A stretch of 63,811 bases of DNA, filler included, from Ministeria vibrans ATCC 50519 (GCA_943704425.1; 5 parts of 5 records of this genome joined end to end with filler, not necessarily neighbours in it), one strand, 5' to 3'. Shown: positions 24,601-36,510, counted from the whole stretch's first letter. Notes: a model not told the origin generated them from the letters alone. Made by a program: numbers and translations.

Positions 24601-27600
24601 TCGAACATCGATGAATGCGACTCCAACCCATGTGCCAACGGAGGTACTTGCACTGACGGCATCAACGGCTTTACCTGCTCGTGTGCTTGCGGATGGGAAG
24701 GCACAACCTGCGCTACCAACACCAACGAGTGTGCGTCGAACCCGTGCCAGAACGGCGGAGCTTGCAGCGACTCGGTCTGCGGCTACTCATGCTCGTGTGA
24801 CGCCGGCTACACCGGCACGCACTGCGAGACGAACGTCAACGAGTGCGCGAGCAACCCGTGTCGCAACGGCGCGACGTGCGTTGATGGCGTCAACAGCTAC
24901 GTGTGTGACTGTGCGTGCGGATGGAATGGTGTTCACTGCCAGACGAACATCAACGAGTGCTCGTCGAACCCGTGCCAGAACGGCGCCACTTGCAACGACG
25001 CCACTTGTGGCTACACGTGCACTTGTGCACCGGGCTACTTTGGCACACATTGCGACTCGAACGTCAACGAGTGTGACTCCAACCCTTGCCAGAACGATGG
25101 AACATGCACTGATGGCATCAATGGATACACATGTGCTTGTACCTGTGGATGGGAAGGTGCTAATTGCGCTTCGAACACCAACGAGTGCGGATCAAACCCA
25201 TGCAAGAATGGCGGAAGTTGTACCGACAACACGTGCGGCTACATCTGCTCGTGTTCGCCCGGCTATACCGGAACACACTGCGAGACAAACATCAACGAGT
25301 GCGCCTCGAACCCCTGCCAGAACGGGGCGACGTGCTCCGACTTGGTCAATGGCTTCGAGTGTTCTTGCGCTTGCGGATGGGCCGGCACTCTGTGCTCTTC
25401 AAACATCAACGAATGTGGCTCGAACCCTTGCCAGAACGGTGCTACTTGCAACGACGCGACCTGCGGTTACACTTGCACTTGTGCTCCGGGTTACTTTGGC
25501 ACCCATTGCGACTCGGATGTGAACGAGTGTCTCTCGAACCCGTGTCAGAACGGCGGTACTTGCAGTGATCTTGTCAACGGCTACTCCTGTTCGTGCGCCT
25601 GCGGATGGGAGGGCACTCACTGTGCGTCGAACACCAACGAGTGTGGATCGAACCCCTGCCAGAACGGCGGTACTTGCTCGGATGGCGTGTGTGGCTACGC
25701 TTGCTCGTGCAAGGCGGGCTACACTGGCACCCACTGCGAGACGAACGTCAATGAGTGTGCGTCAAACCCGTGCGTCAACGGTGACTGTGTTGATGGCGTT
25801 AACGGCTACACTTGCTCGTGCGAGTGCGGTTGGTACGGCGCGCATTGTCAGCACAACACGAACGAGTGTGCTTCGAACCCGTGTCAGAACGGTGCCACTT
25901 GCAACGACGCCACTTGTGGCTACACTTGCACTTGTGCTCCTGGTTACTTTGGTACCCACTGCGACTCGAATATCGATGAATGCTTCTCGAATCCGTGTGC
26001 AAACGGAGGCACTTGTACTGACGGCGTCAACGGCTTTACCTGCTCGTGCGCTTGCGGATGGGAAGGCACAACCTGCGCTACCAACACCAACGAGTGTGCG
26101 TCGAACCCGTGCCAAAACGGCGGAGCTTGCAGCGACTCGGTCTGCGGCTACTCATGCTCGTGTGACGCCGGCTACACCGGCACGCACTGCGAGACGAACG
26201 TCAACGAGTGCGCGAGCAACCCGTGTCGCAACGGCGCGACGTGCGTTGATGGCGTCAACAGCTACGTGTGTGACTGTGCGTGCGGATGGAATGGTGTTCA
26301 CTGCCAGACGAACATCAACGAGTGCTCGTCGAACCCGTGCCAGAACGGCGCCACTTGCAACGACGCCACTTGTGGCTACACGTGCACTTGTGCACCGGGC
26401 TACTTTGGCACACATTGCGACTCGAACGTCAACGAGTGCGCCTCCAACCCTTGTCTCAACCAAGGCACCTGCCACGATGGCATTAACGGTTTCACCTGCT
26501 CTTGCAAGTGCGGCTGGGAAGGTGCTACGTGCGCCACCAACACCAACGAGTGTGCGTCGAACCCGTGCCAGAACGGCGGAGCTTGCAGCGACTCGGTGTG
26601 CGGCTACTCATGCTCATGCAATGCCGGCTACACCGGCACGCACTGCGAGACGAATGTCAACGAGTGTGCTTCAAACCCGTGTGTCAACGGTGACTGTGTT
26701 GATGGCGTGAATGGCTACACTTGCAACTGCGAGTGCGGCTGGAACGGCGTGCATTGCCAGACGAACATCAACGAGTGCTCGTCGAACCCGTGCAAGAACG
26801 GCGCCACCTGTAATGATGCGACGTGCGGCTACACGTGCACCTGTGCGCCTGGCTACTTTGGCACACATTGCGACTCGAACGTCAACGAGTGCGCCTCCAA
26901 CCCTTGTCTCAACCAAGGCACCTGCCACGATGGCATTAACGGTTTCACCTGCTCATGCAAGTGCGGCTGGGAAGGCGCTACGTGCGCCACCAACACCAAC
27001 GAGTGTGCGTCGAACCCATGCCAGAATGGCGGCGCTTGCAGCGACTCGGTGTGCGGCTACTCATGCTCATGCAATGCCGGCTACACCGGCACGCACTGCG
27101 AGACGAACGTCAACGAGTGTGCGTCAAACCCGTGTGTCAACGGCGCTTGTGTCGATGGCGTCAACGGCTACACATGTAACTGTGAGTGCGGCTGGGCCGG
27201 TGTCCACTGCACCACAAACATTGATGAGTGCGCTAGCAACCCGTGCCAGAATCTTGGCACGTGTGTGGATGGTACCTGCGGTTTTACTTGTACTTGCCGA
27301 CCGGGCTACTACGGCACCGTATGTGACTCGGATGTCAACGAGTGTGTCTCTAACCCCTGTCAGAATGATGGAACTTGCAACGATCTCGTCAATGGCTACA
27401 CGTGCAATTGTGCATGCGGCTGGGAGGGAACTAACTGTGCCACCAACACCAACGAGTGTGCGTCGAACCCGTGCCAGAACGGCGGAGCTTGCAGCGACTC
27501 GGTCTGCGGCTACTCATGCTCGTGTGACGCCGGCTACACCGGCACGCACTGCGAGACGAACGTCAACGAGTGTGCCTCAAACCCGTGTGTCAACGGTGAC

Positions 27601-28833
27601 TGTGTTGATGGCGTGAATGGCTACACTTGCAACTGCGAGTGCGGCTGGAACGGCGTGCATTGCCAGACGAACATCAACGAGTGCTCGTCGAACCCGTGCA
27701 AGAACGGCGCCACCTGTAATGATGCCACGTGCGGCTACACGTGCACCTGTGCGCCGGGCTACTTTGGCACGCATTGTGACTCGAACGTCAACGAGTGCGC
27801 CTCGAACCCTTGCCAAAATGCTGGAACCTGCACTGATGGCGTTAACGGTTACAGTTGCTCTTGCGCCTGTGGCTGGGAGGGAACACACTGCGCTACGAAC
27901 ACCAACGAGTGTGCTTCAAACCCGTGCCAGAACGGCGGCGCTTGCAGCGACTCGGTCTGCGGCTACTCTTGCTCATGCAATGCCGGCTACACCGGCACGC
28001 ACTGCGAGACGAACGTCAACGAGTGTGCCTCAAACCCGTGTGTCAACGGTGACTGTGTTGATGGCGTGAATGGCTACACTTGCAACTGCGAGTGCGGCTG
28101 GAACGGCGTGCATTGCCAGACGAACATCAACGAGTGCTCGTCAAACCCGTGCCAGAACGGCGCCACCTGCCACGATGCCACGTGCGGCTACACTTGCGCT
28201 TGCGCTCCTGGCTACTTTGGCACTCATTGTGACTCGGACACGAATGAGTGTGAGTCGAACCCGTGCCAGAACAGCGGAACTTGCACCGACTTGGTCAACG
28301 GATACGAGTGTGCTTGTGCCTGTGGATGGGAGGGTGCCACGTGCTCCACCAACACCAACGAGTGTGCTTCGAACCCGTGCCAGAATGGCGGTGCTTGCAG
28401 CGACTCGGTCTGCGGCTACACTTGCTCATGCAACGCCGGATACACCGGCACACACTGTGAGACGAACGTCAACGAGTGTGCGTCAAACCCGTGTGTCAAC
28501 GGCGCTTGTGTCGATGGCGTCAACGGTTACACATGTAACTGTGAGTGCGGCTGGGCCGGTGTTCACTGCGCGACGAACGTTGATGAGTGCGCTAGCAACC
28601 CTTGCAAGAACGGCGCAACCTGTGTCGACGCTACTTGCGGCTACTCGTGCACCTGTGCCAATGGCTACTTTGGCACCGACTGTGGCTCTGACTACAACGA
28701 GTGCGACTCAAACCCGTGCCAGAACGCAGGAACGTGCACTGATATGGTCAATGGGTACTCTTGCGCGTGCGCGTGCGGCTGGGAAGGAACCAACTGTGCC
28801 TCGAACACCAACGAGTGTGCTTCGGCTCCTTGC
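15641..28833 (+). CDS. Giant secreted EGF-repeat protein (>4200 aa, roughly 95-100 EGF domains) with two inserted VWA domains; 3'-truncated by gap
   Basis: Signal peptide 'MKLVLLASLALVCVCLA'. Exons 15641-15749, 15814-15901, 16363-16768 and 16822 onward splice in frame. Two VWA domains carry MIDAS 'DNSGSM', 'TPL' and 'MTDG'. Long array of Notch-like 38-aa 'NINECxSNPCxNGxTC' repeats. Confidence 0.95.
18684..28833 (+). repeat. Coding tandem array: 114-bp EGF units grouped into 456-bp (or 453-bp) four-EGF higher-order repeats
   Basis: Matching DNA blocks recur at offsets of 453, 1365, 2733 and 4554 bp, for example 21508/24241 and 21868/26422/26875. Confidence 0.9.
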
Positions 28834-28933
28834 NNNNNNNNNNNNNNNNNNNNNNNNNNNNNNNNNNNNNNNNNNNNTTAATTAATTAANNNNNNNNNNN
28901 NNNNNNNNNNNNNNNNNNNNNNNNNNNNNNNNN
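28834..28933. other. Artificial contig-join linker (N-run with TTAATTAATTAA)
   Basis: The same 100-nt linker with all-frame stops also occurs at 38466-38565, 52799-52898 and 61957-62056. Confidence 0.95.
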
Positions 28934-29304
28934 AAGGAGACTACAGTCGTGCTCTTGAGTACTATGAGCGTGCTCTGACCATCTGTGAAAAGTCTGTTGG
29001 TCCCGACCACCCATCCACAGGCGACACATTGAACAACATGGCTGTTGTGTTCCATTCACAAGGAGACTACAGTCGTGCTCTTGAGTATTATGAGCGTGCT
29101 CTGACCATTAAGAAGAAGTCTGTTGGTCCCGACCACCCGTCCACAGCCGAAACATATGAAAATATTGGGTATCTTCACCGATCACAAGGCGACACCCTTA
29201 AGGCTCGTACGTTCTTTGAACGAGCAAAGCGCACATACGAATCAAAACTCCCTGCTTCACACCCACGGAACAAAGCTATCACACGTGCACTTTTGTCACT
29301 TTAG
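28934..29304 (+). CDS. C-terminal fragment of a 42-aa TPR-repeat protein (kinesin-light-chain-like TPR)
   Basis: 'GDYSRALEYYERALTI..KSVGPDHPST' occurs twice, with a 126-bp DNA period (28934 and 29060). The 5' part is lost in the gap. Confidence 0.85.
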
Positions 29305-29474
29305 TCGTCACCTTCAACCGACACATCAACTTGTATTATTCTTTAAAAATATCACATAATATATTTGAAACCCCTGTTTACGTTGAAACCTCAGTGGTAC
29401 AAAACGAAGTAAAAGTATGAACTGTGCGGTTCCCGTCACTCTGTGGCACACATCACGCAATTATTATTTCATTT

Positions 29475-32229
29475 TCATTTTGTGTTCTGGAAGAACGTCC
29501 TCACGGAACTTGCCACAGCGGGATGCTCTCTGAACAGCGCCTGAACGACATAGTGCAACTGATTGTAAATGAAACACAACATGTATAAGAGTTGCGCGCT
29601 ATGTGCTCCAGACATATATATACTTACCTCCAGTTTGGCGTGTAGATCACGTAGAATGTGCTCTGCATTTGCATAGTCAAACTCGTCGTGCAGCTTCTTA
29701 GCCAGATCAAATGCGCCAATCACTTTCTCCATTTTCTCCTCACCCACCTAATCACACAATCGCAATTATTCATACTCCGTACAAGATACGATGTTCACAA
29801 CAATAACACATCGATGAGCACTATAGAGAGTCCTTGTTACCGCAGCTTCAATGTGACATCGCAGCACGTGAATCTGCTGTGAACGGGAACTTGCTTCACA
29901 ATGGACGTGGGCCACATGCGGATCACCCGCCAGCAGAAGCTTCAACGTTTTGCCAACGAGTCCACTGACATCGCCACTGTGTGTACGCACTGCGACGTCG
30001 GCGTCCTCTGTGTCATCGGCGTCGTCCTCCTCGCTCTCCGTATCCGCATGCTCTTCTTCCTCTTCCCCGTCCCAGTGATCTATATCAGCACTCTCTTCCG
30101 TGTACGTGGGAAATATAGGACAGGGGGACTGAGCACTGCGATTGCTAGACTCGGACACGTGGTTTCTGGGTGCGGGGTGACGACGCGCATCCTCGTAGTA
30201 TGGCGTGCTGGCTGGTGTGTTGGGTGTGGGAACGTGCTCACGCATGTGCGGTTCGTGCACCGGAGCCCTGACGACCAAAGGGGCTGTAGGAAGTACCTTG
30301 GGGTGATGTGAACGTTCTCGGGTTGACGTCACCTCAACGCGCAGCGAGTCGCGAATGCGTCCTGGCGACGGTGCGCCGCTCAACACAGGCTGCGATACGA
30401 ATAATTTCAAAGATTCAACTATTCATTTCGTCTTCACTCTTTTTTTCTTACGACTCTGGAAGGTGGCGGCAAATGAAGGTTGGACGAAGGGACACGATAA
30501 GGACGTGCTGCCGCGGCGGCTGGTGTGTGCTCGGGAAGTGCAGAGGAAGGACCTTGAGGAGCTGCACGGACGTAATTGGTTGGGGTGGCGGGCCGTGCTG
30601 ACTCCCCGGCACGTCTGGATGAGACAGTTGGACTGCATCCCGCAGGGGAAATGCGCGACGGCAAACGAGCAGGTGGTAGTGCGGCGGCTGCGGATGCCGG
30701 GGAAGGGATAGCTTTGTCAGCCTTTCCTTTGGTCTATAAAAAGCCATTCAAATTACCCTCCAATTTACTACGTCGTCCTTTTTTTCTTACCGCGTAGTGC
30801 GAAAAGGGCCATTGAAGAAGAAGAAGCGAAAGCTGAAGACGATCCGAGGCCTTTTCCATCAACATACGCGAGACAAACTCATCAAAGATCCTTGCAAATG
30901 GGGTTCGTCGGGAGCTGAAAAAATACAACAATGAGTAAATACATAAGAATGAATCACTTAAAATTATTATTTTCGTTCTTTTACCTTGCTATCTTGGGAT
31001 AGAGACCTCGCATAATGTTCATCATGAGTTGGTCCATATTTCCTGCGGTAAAAGGGTGTCGTCCTGTGCACATTTCGTAGAGAACACAGCCGAGAGCCCA
31101 CACATCCGACTCTGCTCCGTACCTAAAAAGTATAATGATGAACTATTTTTCTCTTGTTATTCTTGTTGAATCGTACGGGCGTTGAAAGACAATCTCAGGG
31201 GAAATGTAATAGGGAGTGCCGATCATGGTACGGGCATGAGCGGTGTTCATGAGCTCCTTGGCGATGCCAAAGTCCCCAAGCTTGAGCGAGTCGTCCTCGG
31301 CCATCACAAAAATATTGGAGGTTTTCACATCGCGATGGAGTACGCCGCGCGAATGAATGAACTGCAGAGCCATGGCGAGCTCGGCCGTCCAACGGCACAC
31401 GAGCTCATCTGCGATTGTGCCGTCGCGCTTGAGCCGCTTTTCAAGATCACCGCCCGTTGCGTACTCCATGAAAATCTTGATGGACGAGTCGTGCAGCTCG
31501 TGGCTGAGGTACGCAATGATGTGCTCGTGTCGGAGTCGCATGAGCAAGCGGATTTCATTCTTCGCCTACAATTTTTGTAAACAGCGCTGTTATTCAATGC
31601 GAGGGCAAACACAACGACACATTACACAGCAAAACGGAAAGAAAAGGTTCTCGTGCGACAGTAGAGAAGAGCAAAAGCAAAAGGGAAACACTCAAGGAAA
31701 TCAATTTGTGTTTGCGCACGCATGAACATTCATCTAGGAATATGCTCCGCACCTGCTTGTAGTCTTTGGACCCCGGTGTCAGTTTGAGGATTTTGACGAC
31801 GACTTGTCGTCCTGTCGTGACATGTTGGATTAAGTCAACCTACACAACACAAGCGTAAGATGGGAGGGGGAGAGCGGGGCGGCGGAGGAGGGAGGTTGAC
31901 AGAAGTTTGACATGGTGTGATTTTGACAGGAGGAGAATTTCAGTCTGAACTGGCCTCTTGTGAAAGAGGACAGCATGCTGGTACAGTCTATAAGTAAGTG
32001 GGTAGTTGAGCACCTTTCCAAAGCTTCCTTCGCCAATGCGTCGCTCATGGCGGTAGGAGAGTGGCGAGAATTCGTCGTGACGTGATTTGCCGCTTGTTTT
32101 GACAGCGGACGAAGTAGACGACGACGACGAGGCTTCCTTGCGACGGGGCTCGCGTGCTGGTCCTCGTGACACAGGGTGGCGATACGAGCTGTCGTGCGCA
32201 GGGGAATACGCTGAGTGTTGGCGGTCCAT
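29475..32229 (-). CDS. NIMA-related (NEK-family) Ser/Thr kinase (multi-exon)
   Basis: 'IGEGSFGK', 'IFMEYATGGDL', 'VLHRDVKTSNIF', 'LKLGDFGIAKEL...TMIGTPYYISPE' and 'SDVWALGCVLYEMCT'. Acidic tail and a NEK1-like C-terminal helix 'MGEEKMEKV'. Confidence 0.88.
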
Positions 32230-32474
32230 GGAGAAGAAATAATTATTGTGAACAATTCTAATGGTAAAATAATAATAATTAATAATTGCTGAGCACTTCT
32301 GCAACTGAGTAGGTAGTCTACTCTAAAGGGTTCATTGGCTATCTTCATTTGTCAACTCACTCAATCAACTGTCAAGTGCCAGTTGGACGGGAGTTGGACG
32401 ATTTGACGGAGTTACAATCGGGTCACAACCGAAGATCAGATTACTCATTGATCGTTCAGAAACAATAAATTTTA

Positions 32475-33955
32475 ATGTCTGGCTTCAAGAAGAAAGGCCG
32501 CCGTGCCGCCTTACTGCCGAGTGGCACGCGTCCTTCCGTCCACAATGCCCAGCTTCTGTGCAGTACCGGCGTGCCATCACTCGACGGTAAAGCGTTGAAG
32601 TGAATAAAAGATATTCTGAACCTTTGGCTTCGTTTAGCGCTCCTTGGCGGCGGCCTCGCCGTCGGGTCCATCCTACTGGTTGAGCAGGACCGGTGCACAT
32701 CGTATGGGCGTATGCTCCAGCGCTATTTTGTCGCGGAAGGCGTGCAACACGGCCATGCTGTAGCGGTCGTCGATGCAGACATTGGCGCAGACGCCCTGCT
32801 CGCCGGAATGCCCTCGCTCGACGCTCTGGACGCTGCAGGTGCCGTGACACCGTCGTCTGTGGCGGCTTCGGCGGCGGCAGCGTCGCATGCAACAGCAGCA
32901 GCGGCGCAGGAGGACGAGATGAAGATTGCATGGAGGTATCGCGATGTGCCGGTGATCAAAGACGAGCTTGGCGCAAGTGCAGCACAGCAAACGAAGAACG
33001 CAGCGGCCGCCGCCGACGCTGACGATGGTAAGAGCATGCTACAAGAGAAAGCAGCAGCCGCTCACTTTGTTGTATACTCATGGGTTTATATGCGCAGTGT
33101 TTTGTCACTCGTTCGATCGGTCCAAATCTGTTGACAGTGCCACTCTTCAACGCGCAAAGTCGCTCACCACCGAAATACATGTGGACTGTTCCGCTGAACA
33201 TCCCTACAATCAGATTGCAGAGCAGCTGAGCGAGCAAATTAAAAAATATGCGTAAGAGCGAGAGAGAGTGTGTGTGTGTGGTGAAGCAGACGCACTAAAT
33301 TGAAACGTTTTTTACGACACAGTCTGACTGTTCCTGTGACGGAAGGAACCAAACGACCACTGTTGCGCATTGCATTGTCGGGATTTGGATCACCTCTCAT
33401 GGGCGAGGCGGGAAAAGACGGAGTAAGAAACATACACGCTCTATCCCTCAACTAATTTTTTTTTTTTTTTTTTTTTGCTTTTGCTTTTTGAAGGTTGAAA
33501 TGATTCGGTGTGTGCGGAAACTACGACGGATGCTGCGCACCGCATGTGCAGTGTGCGTGATGACCTCGCCAGTTTACATATGGCGTGACAGTAGTAGTAG
33601 TAGTAGTAATAGTAGGAGTAGCAGTAGTGCGCCTACTGTGTCTGCGGTGCCTGTGCGGCTCATTCATGCGTGTGACGCGGCGGTGGAGCTAACATCGTTT
33701 GCTGGGCGACGAGAGTGCGAGGGGGAGACGGGCGCAGAGTACAAGGACTACCATGGGATCATTGCGGTGCACAAGCAGGCTCGGCTGAATGCGCTGTCGG
33801 TGCCTGAGCTCGACACACGCGACTTGGCCTTCAAGGTGCGTCGTCGTCGCTTTGCCATCGAGCGGTTTCATTTGCCACCCGAGGGGGCCGACACTCAGCA
33901 GAGAGGCGCCGAGTCTAAGCGCATCAAGCCGGCCGATGTTGCAAAGCTCTTTTGA
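32475..33955 (+). CDS. ELP4: Elongator complex protein 4 (multi-exon)
   Basis: 'SGTRPSVHNAQLLCSTGVPSLD', 'LLGGGLAVGSILLVEQD', 'RYFVAEG', 'EDEMKIAWRY' and 'DLAFKVRRRRFAIERFHLPPE'. Confidence 0.93.
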
Positions 33956-34811
33956 GACACCGACGAGAAGAGTGCTTGTTTTGTATATACAACCGATTTC
34001 GTTTTCCAAATTGATGCACATTCGAGCGAGATCTTCCGCAATCGTGTTGGGAACGTGATTGAAGTTGCCGAGAACGATGGTTTGAACTTTAAAGGGCAAA
34101 GCTCAGTCTGCATGGTACGCAGAGAGTCGAGTTGGAAGTTTTTTGAGCTTGTGGTTGCGCAAAACTCCTAATGAGGGCAGAATCGACTCTCCGGTAAATT
34201 CCCGTTCCTGTCCACACATCTTTTTGAGTTATTTCCTGGAGCTAATAAAGAACAATAATAATAATAATAATATTATTATTATTGTGTTGCTTTTGATCGT
34301 GTTTAGTCATTGACATTAGTCGATAATATTACGAGTAAATCGTGTTTCTTTATCCCTTGGAGTGAGGTATATAATTGCAATTGGAATTTATTTGTACCCA
34401 TTGCTTGAGTATACGTCGTTGAATTGTAACTTGTGAGCCACTTGAGGAAAATTCCGGATCAAAGGGCTATTTCGGGGCTATTCAGTATTACAGTTTTTAT
34501 CTCAATTTTTCATTGCAATTCTGGAAAGGTAAGCTCTTTTTCTCTCTAACTGACCGAGTGGTAGTGTAGTGGGTAGTAGAGCGTCTGGGCGTGACTCAAC
34601 AAGCCCGACGCCGACACCAATTGTCTAAATATGACTAATATTGGAATATTTTTTTGCCTTGCGGTTTTCCTCGGACGTTCCTCTCCCTTTGTCCTTCCCC
34701 TATCGCCCGCGCTGTGGCCTCACTGTGGAGCGGAGACCCTCCGTCCACCGGTCTGGGGGCTACTGCCTCCCACGCCTGTCTTTACGAGGGAACCCGTGGC
34801 CCACCAGAGTC

Positions 34812-34980
34812 TAACAACAACAACAGAAAGCGCATTCCTCAGTGTCTTCAATGGAGTTTCAATGTGTCACCTCCTCTGGAGGAAAGAAGACTCTGCTGGG
34901 CCACGGGTTCCTCCAGAGGAGGTGACACATTGAAACTCCATTGAAGACACTGAGGAATGCGCTTTCTGTTGTTGTTGTTA
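34812..34980. repeat. Perfect 73-bp inverted repeat with 23-nt spacer
   Basis: 34812-34884 is the exact reverse complement of 34908-34980. Confidence 0.95.
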
Positions 34981-35424
34981 ATTTTTTCGTTTATTGCTTC
35001 GCCTGTGAAAACCACTTTTGAATTTGTGCTTTCCTCTTCGCGCCCCGTATTCATGGGCTGTGCTCGTAAGACACGTCTGGTCAGTAATGGCCAAAACGTT
35101 GTTAAATTGGTTTTTATGAGCGTTTTCTTTTTTTGTCCTTTCCCTTTTTTTTTCCTTTCTTTGAGAAAGCTAAAGCGAAAGAAAAAAAACCACACGAGCC
35201 GCTCTAGGACTCTACCGGACACCCTCAGGAGATAATGTACCGTGTGTTTTGTCCTCGGGGTAGGGAAGCGGAGCCTGTCGTTGTCTCTATGGGTTATCTC
35301 TGGAGACTTTTGGAATATTTTTAGTTCATTTTTAGCGATGTTTTTAATTATCTGTGTGACTTCCCTTTGCGGTGTATTCTGTTGCATCTTGCGGGGTTCA
35401 TAATGAATGACAAAGGGGGTTGCG

Positions 35425-35432
35425 TATATAAA
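35425..35432 (+). promoter_or_regulatory. Putative TATA box
   Basis: TATATAAA lies ~125 bp upstream of the ATG at 35553. Confidence 0.45.
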
Positions 35433-35552
35433 GACGCAGAGATGTAGTGAGAACATTCAGCAGATTTTGAACGAATTTTGAACTCACTTTGACAAACGAT
35501 AATACTTTTATACTCTATTATTTTATTTATTTCTTCTTCTATTTATTATAGG

Positions 35553-36010
35553 ATGTCTCTTAAACTTATTCTTTGCGTTGCGGCTCTTGCTCTTGTGGCG
35601 CGTGTGGATGCCGCGTTCAACCGATGCACTGTTGAGACGTATTGCAGCGGAGGAGATGTGGCTCTGAACGCCAATGACTTCGGAGGGGCAGCGTTTTATG
35701 CCAAAGTGGGTTGCAACGCAGTACGTAACAAACACACAAAGCGGACACACCCGCTCTTCCTCCCTTGGCTTCTTGTGCCTCTTAATGCAACAACAAACAC
35801 GCAAAGCGGACACACCCGCTCTTCCTCCCTTGGCTTCTTGTGCCTCTTAATGCAACAACAAACACGCAAAGCGGACACACCCGCTCTTCCTCCCTTGGCT
35901 TCTTGTGCCTCTTAATGCAACAACAAACACGCAAAGCGGACACACCCGCTCTTCCTTCCTTGGCTTCTTGTGCCTCTTAATGCGCTGCAAGTGTAATTCC
36001 TCACTCCCAC

Positions 36011-36045
<35 letters not shown>

Positions 36046-36510
36046 GTAGCTTACGACTGGCTTTTCCTTCTGTCGTCTGGACGTCACGAGCTTCTCAGGC
36101 AATGTGGTTCGTCGTGTTGACGTGAACAGCGAGCCGGCTGTCTCTGTCCAGGCCACCAGTGGTGGAGCCTGCAACGTCGGCTCCACCAACGGCGGCTCTG
36201 ATCTCTCCGTGGGCAGCACCAGTGTGGAAGGCTCCGTCACCTGTACGGTTCTTTCCATTCGCCACACTAATATTGTCTGAGCAGACATGAAATGAATAAC
36301 AAAAGGAATAATTTTGATTCCTAATAATTAGTGACGCATTCTTTCATATAAGCTCACTTTGAGCAAGCGTCTTGTAACTTGTTAACTCACTTAGCGTTGC
36401 AGCCAAGAACTCGTCCTGACGCACGCGGGGTTGGACTTAACTTGGATATGGAGAATGGAGCGATGCAAATTCATACGACTTCAACTTACTTGCACTCGAT
36501 ATACACCTAA
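35553..36510 (+). CDS. Small secreted Cys/Gly/Ser-rich protein of unknown function (3' end uncertain)
   Basis: Signal peptide 'MSLKLILCVAALALVARVDA'. Exon 1 (to ~35720) splices in frame to exon 2 (~36050-36242, 'LTTGFSFCRLDVTSFSGNVVRRVDVNSEPAVSVQATSGGACNVG...'). The last exon is ambiguous. Confidence 0.6.
35728..35983 (+). repeat. Intronic 65-bp minisatellite, ~4 near-identical copies
   Basis: gcggacacac recurs at 35741, 35806, 35871 and 35936. Confidence 0.95.

Noticed and set aside
17156-28885. Many long Thr/Ala/Arg-rich alternative-frame and antisense ORFs over the EGF gene
   Set aside because: Shadow ORFs caused by repetitive, stop-poor codon usage. The same applies to the antisense ORFs over the pentapeptide gene.
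28834-28933. Palindromic TTAATTAATTAA inside N-runs (four times)
   Set aside because: An identical artificial all-frame-stop linker joining contigs. ORF ends at these points, and any EGF-TPR fusion across the gap, are artefacts.
34551-34620. tRNA/SINE-like segment (A-box-like TAGTGTAGTGG, ending ACCA)
   Set aside because: No B-box/TTC loop or cloverleaf could be built by eye. tRNAscan-SE would settle it.
35728-35983. CRISPR-like array with small hairpins
   Set aside because: Whole 65-bp units are repeated with no unique spacers, the array lies in a eukaryotic intron, and no cas genes are present.
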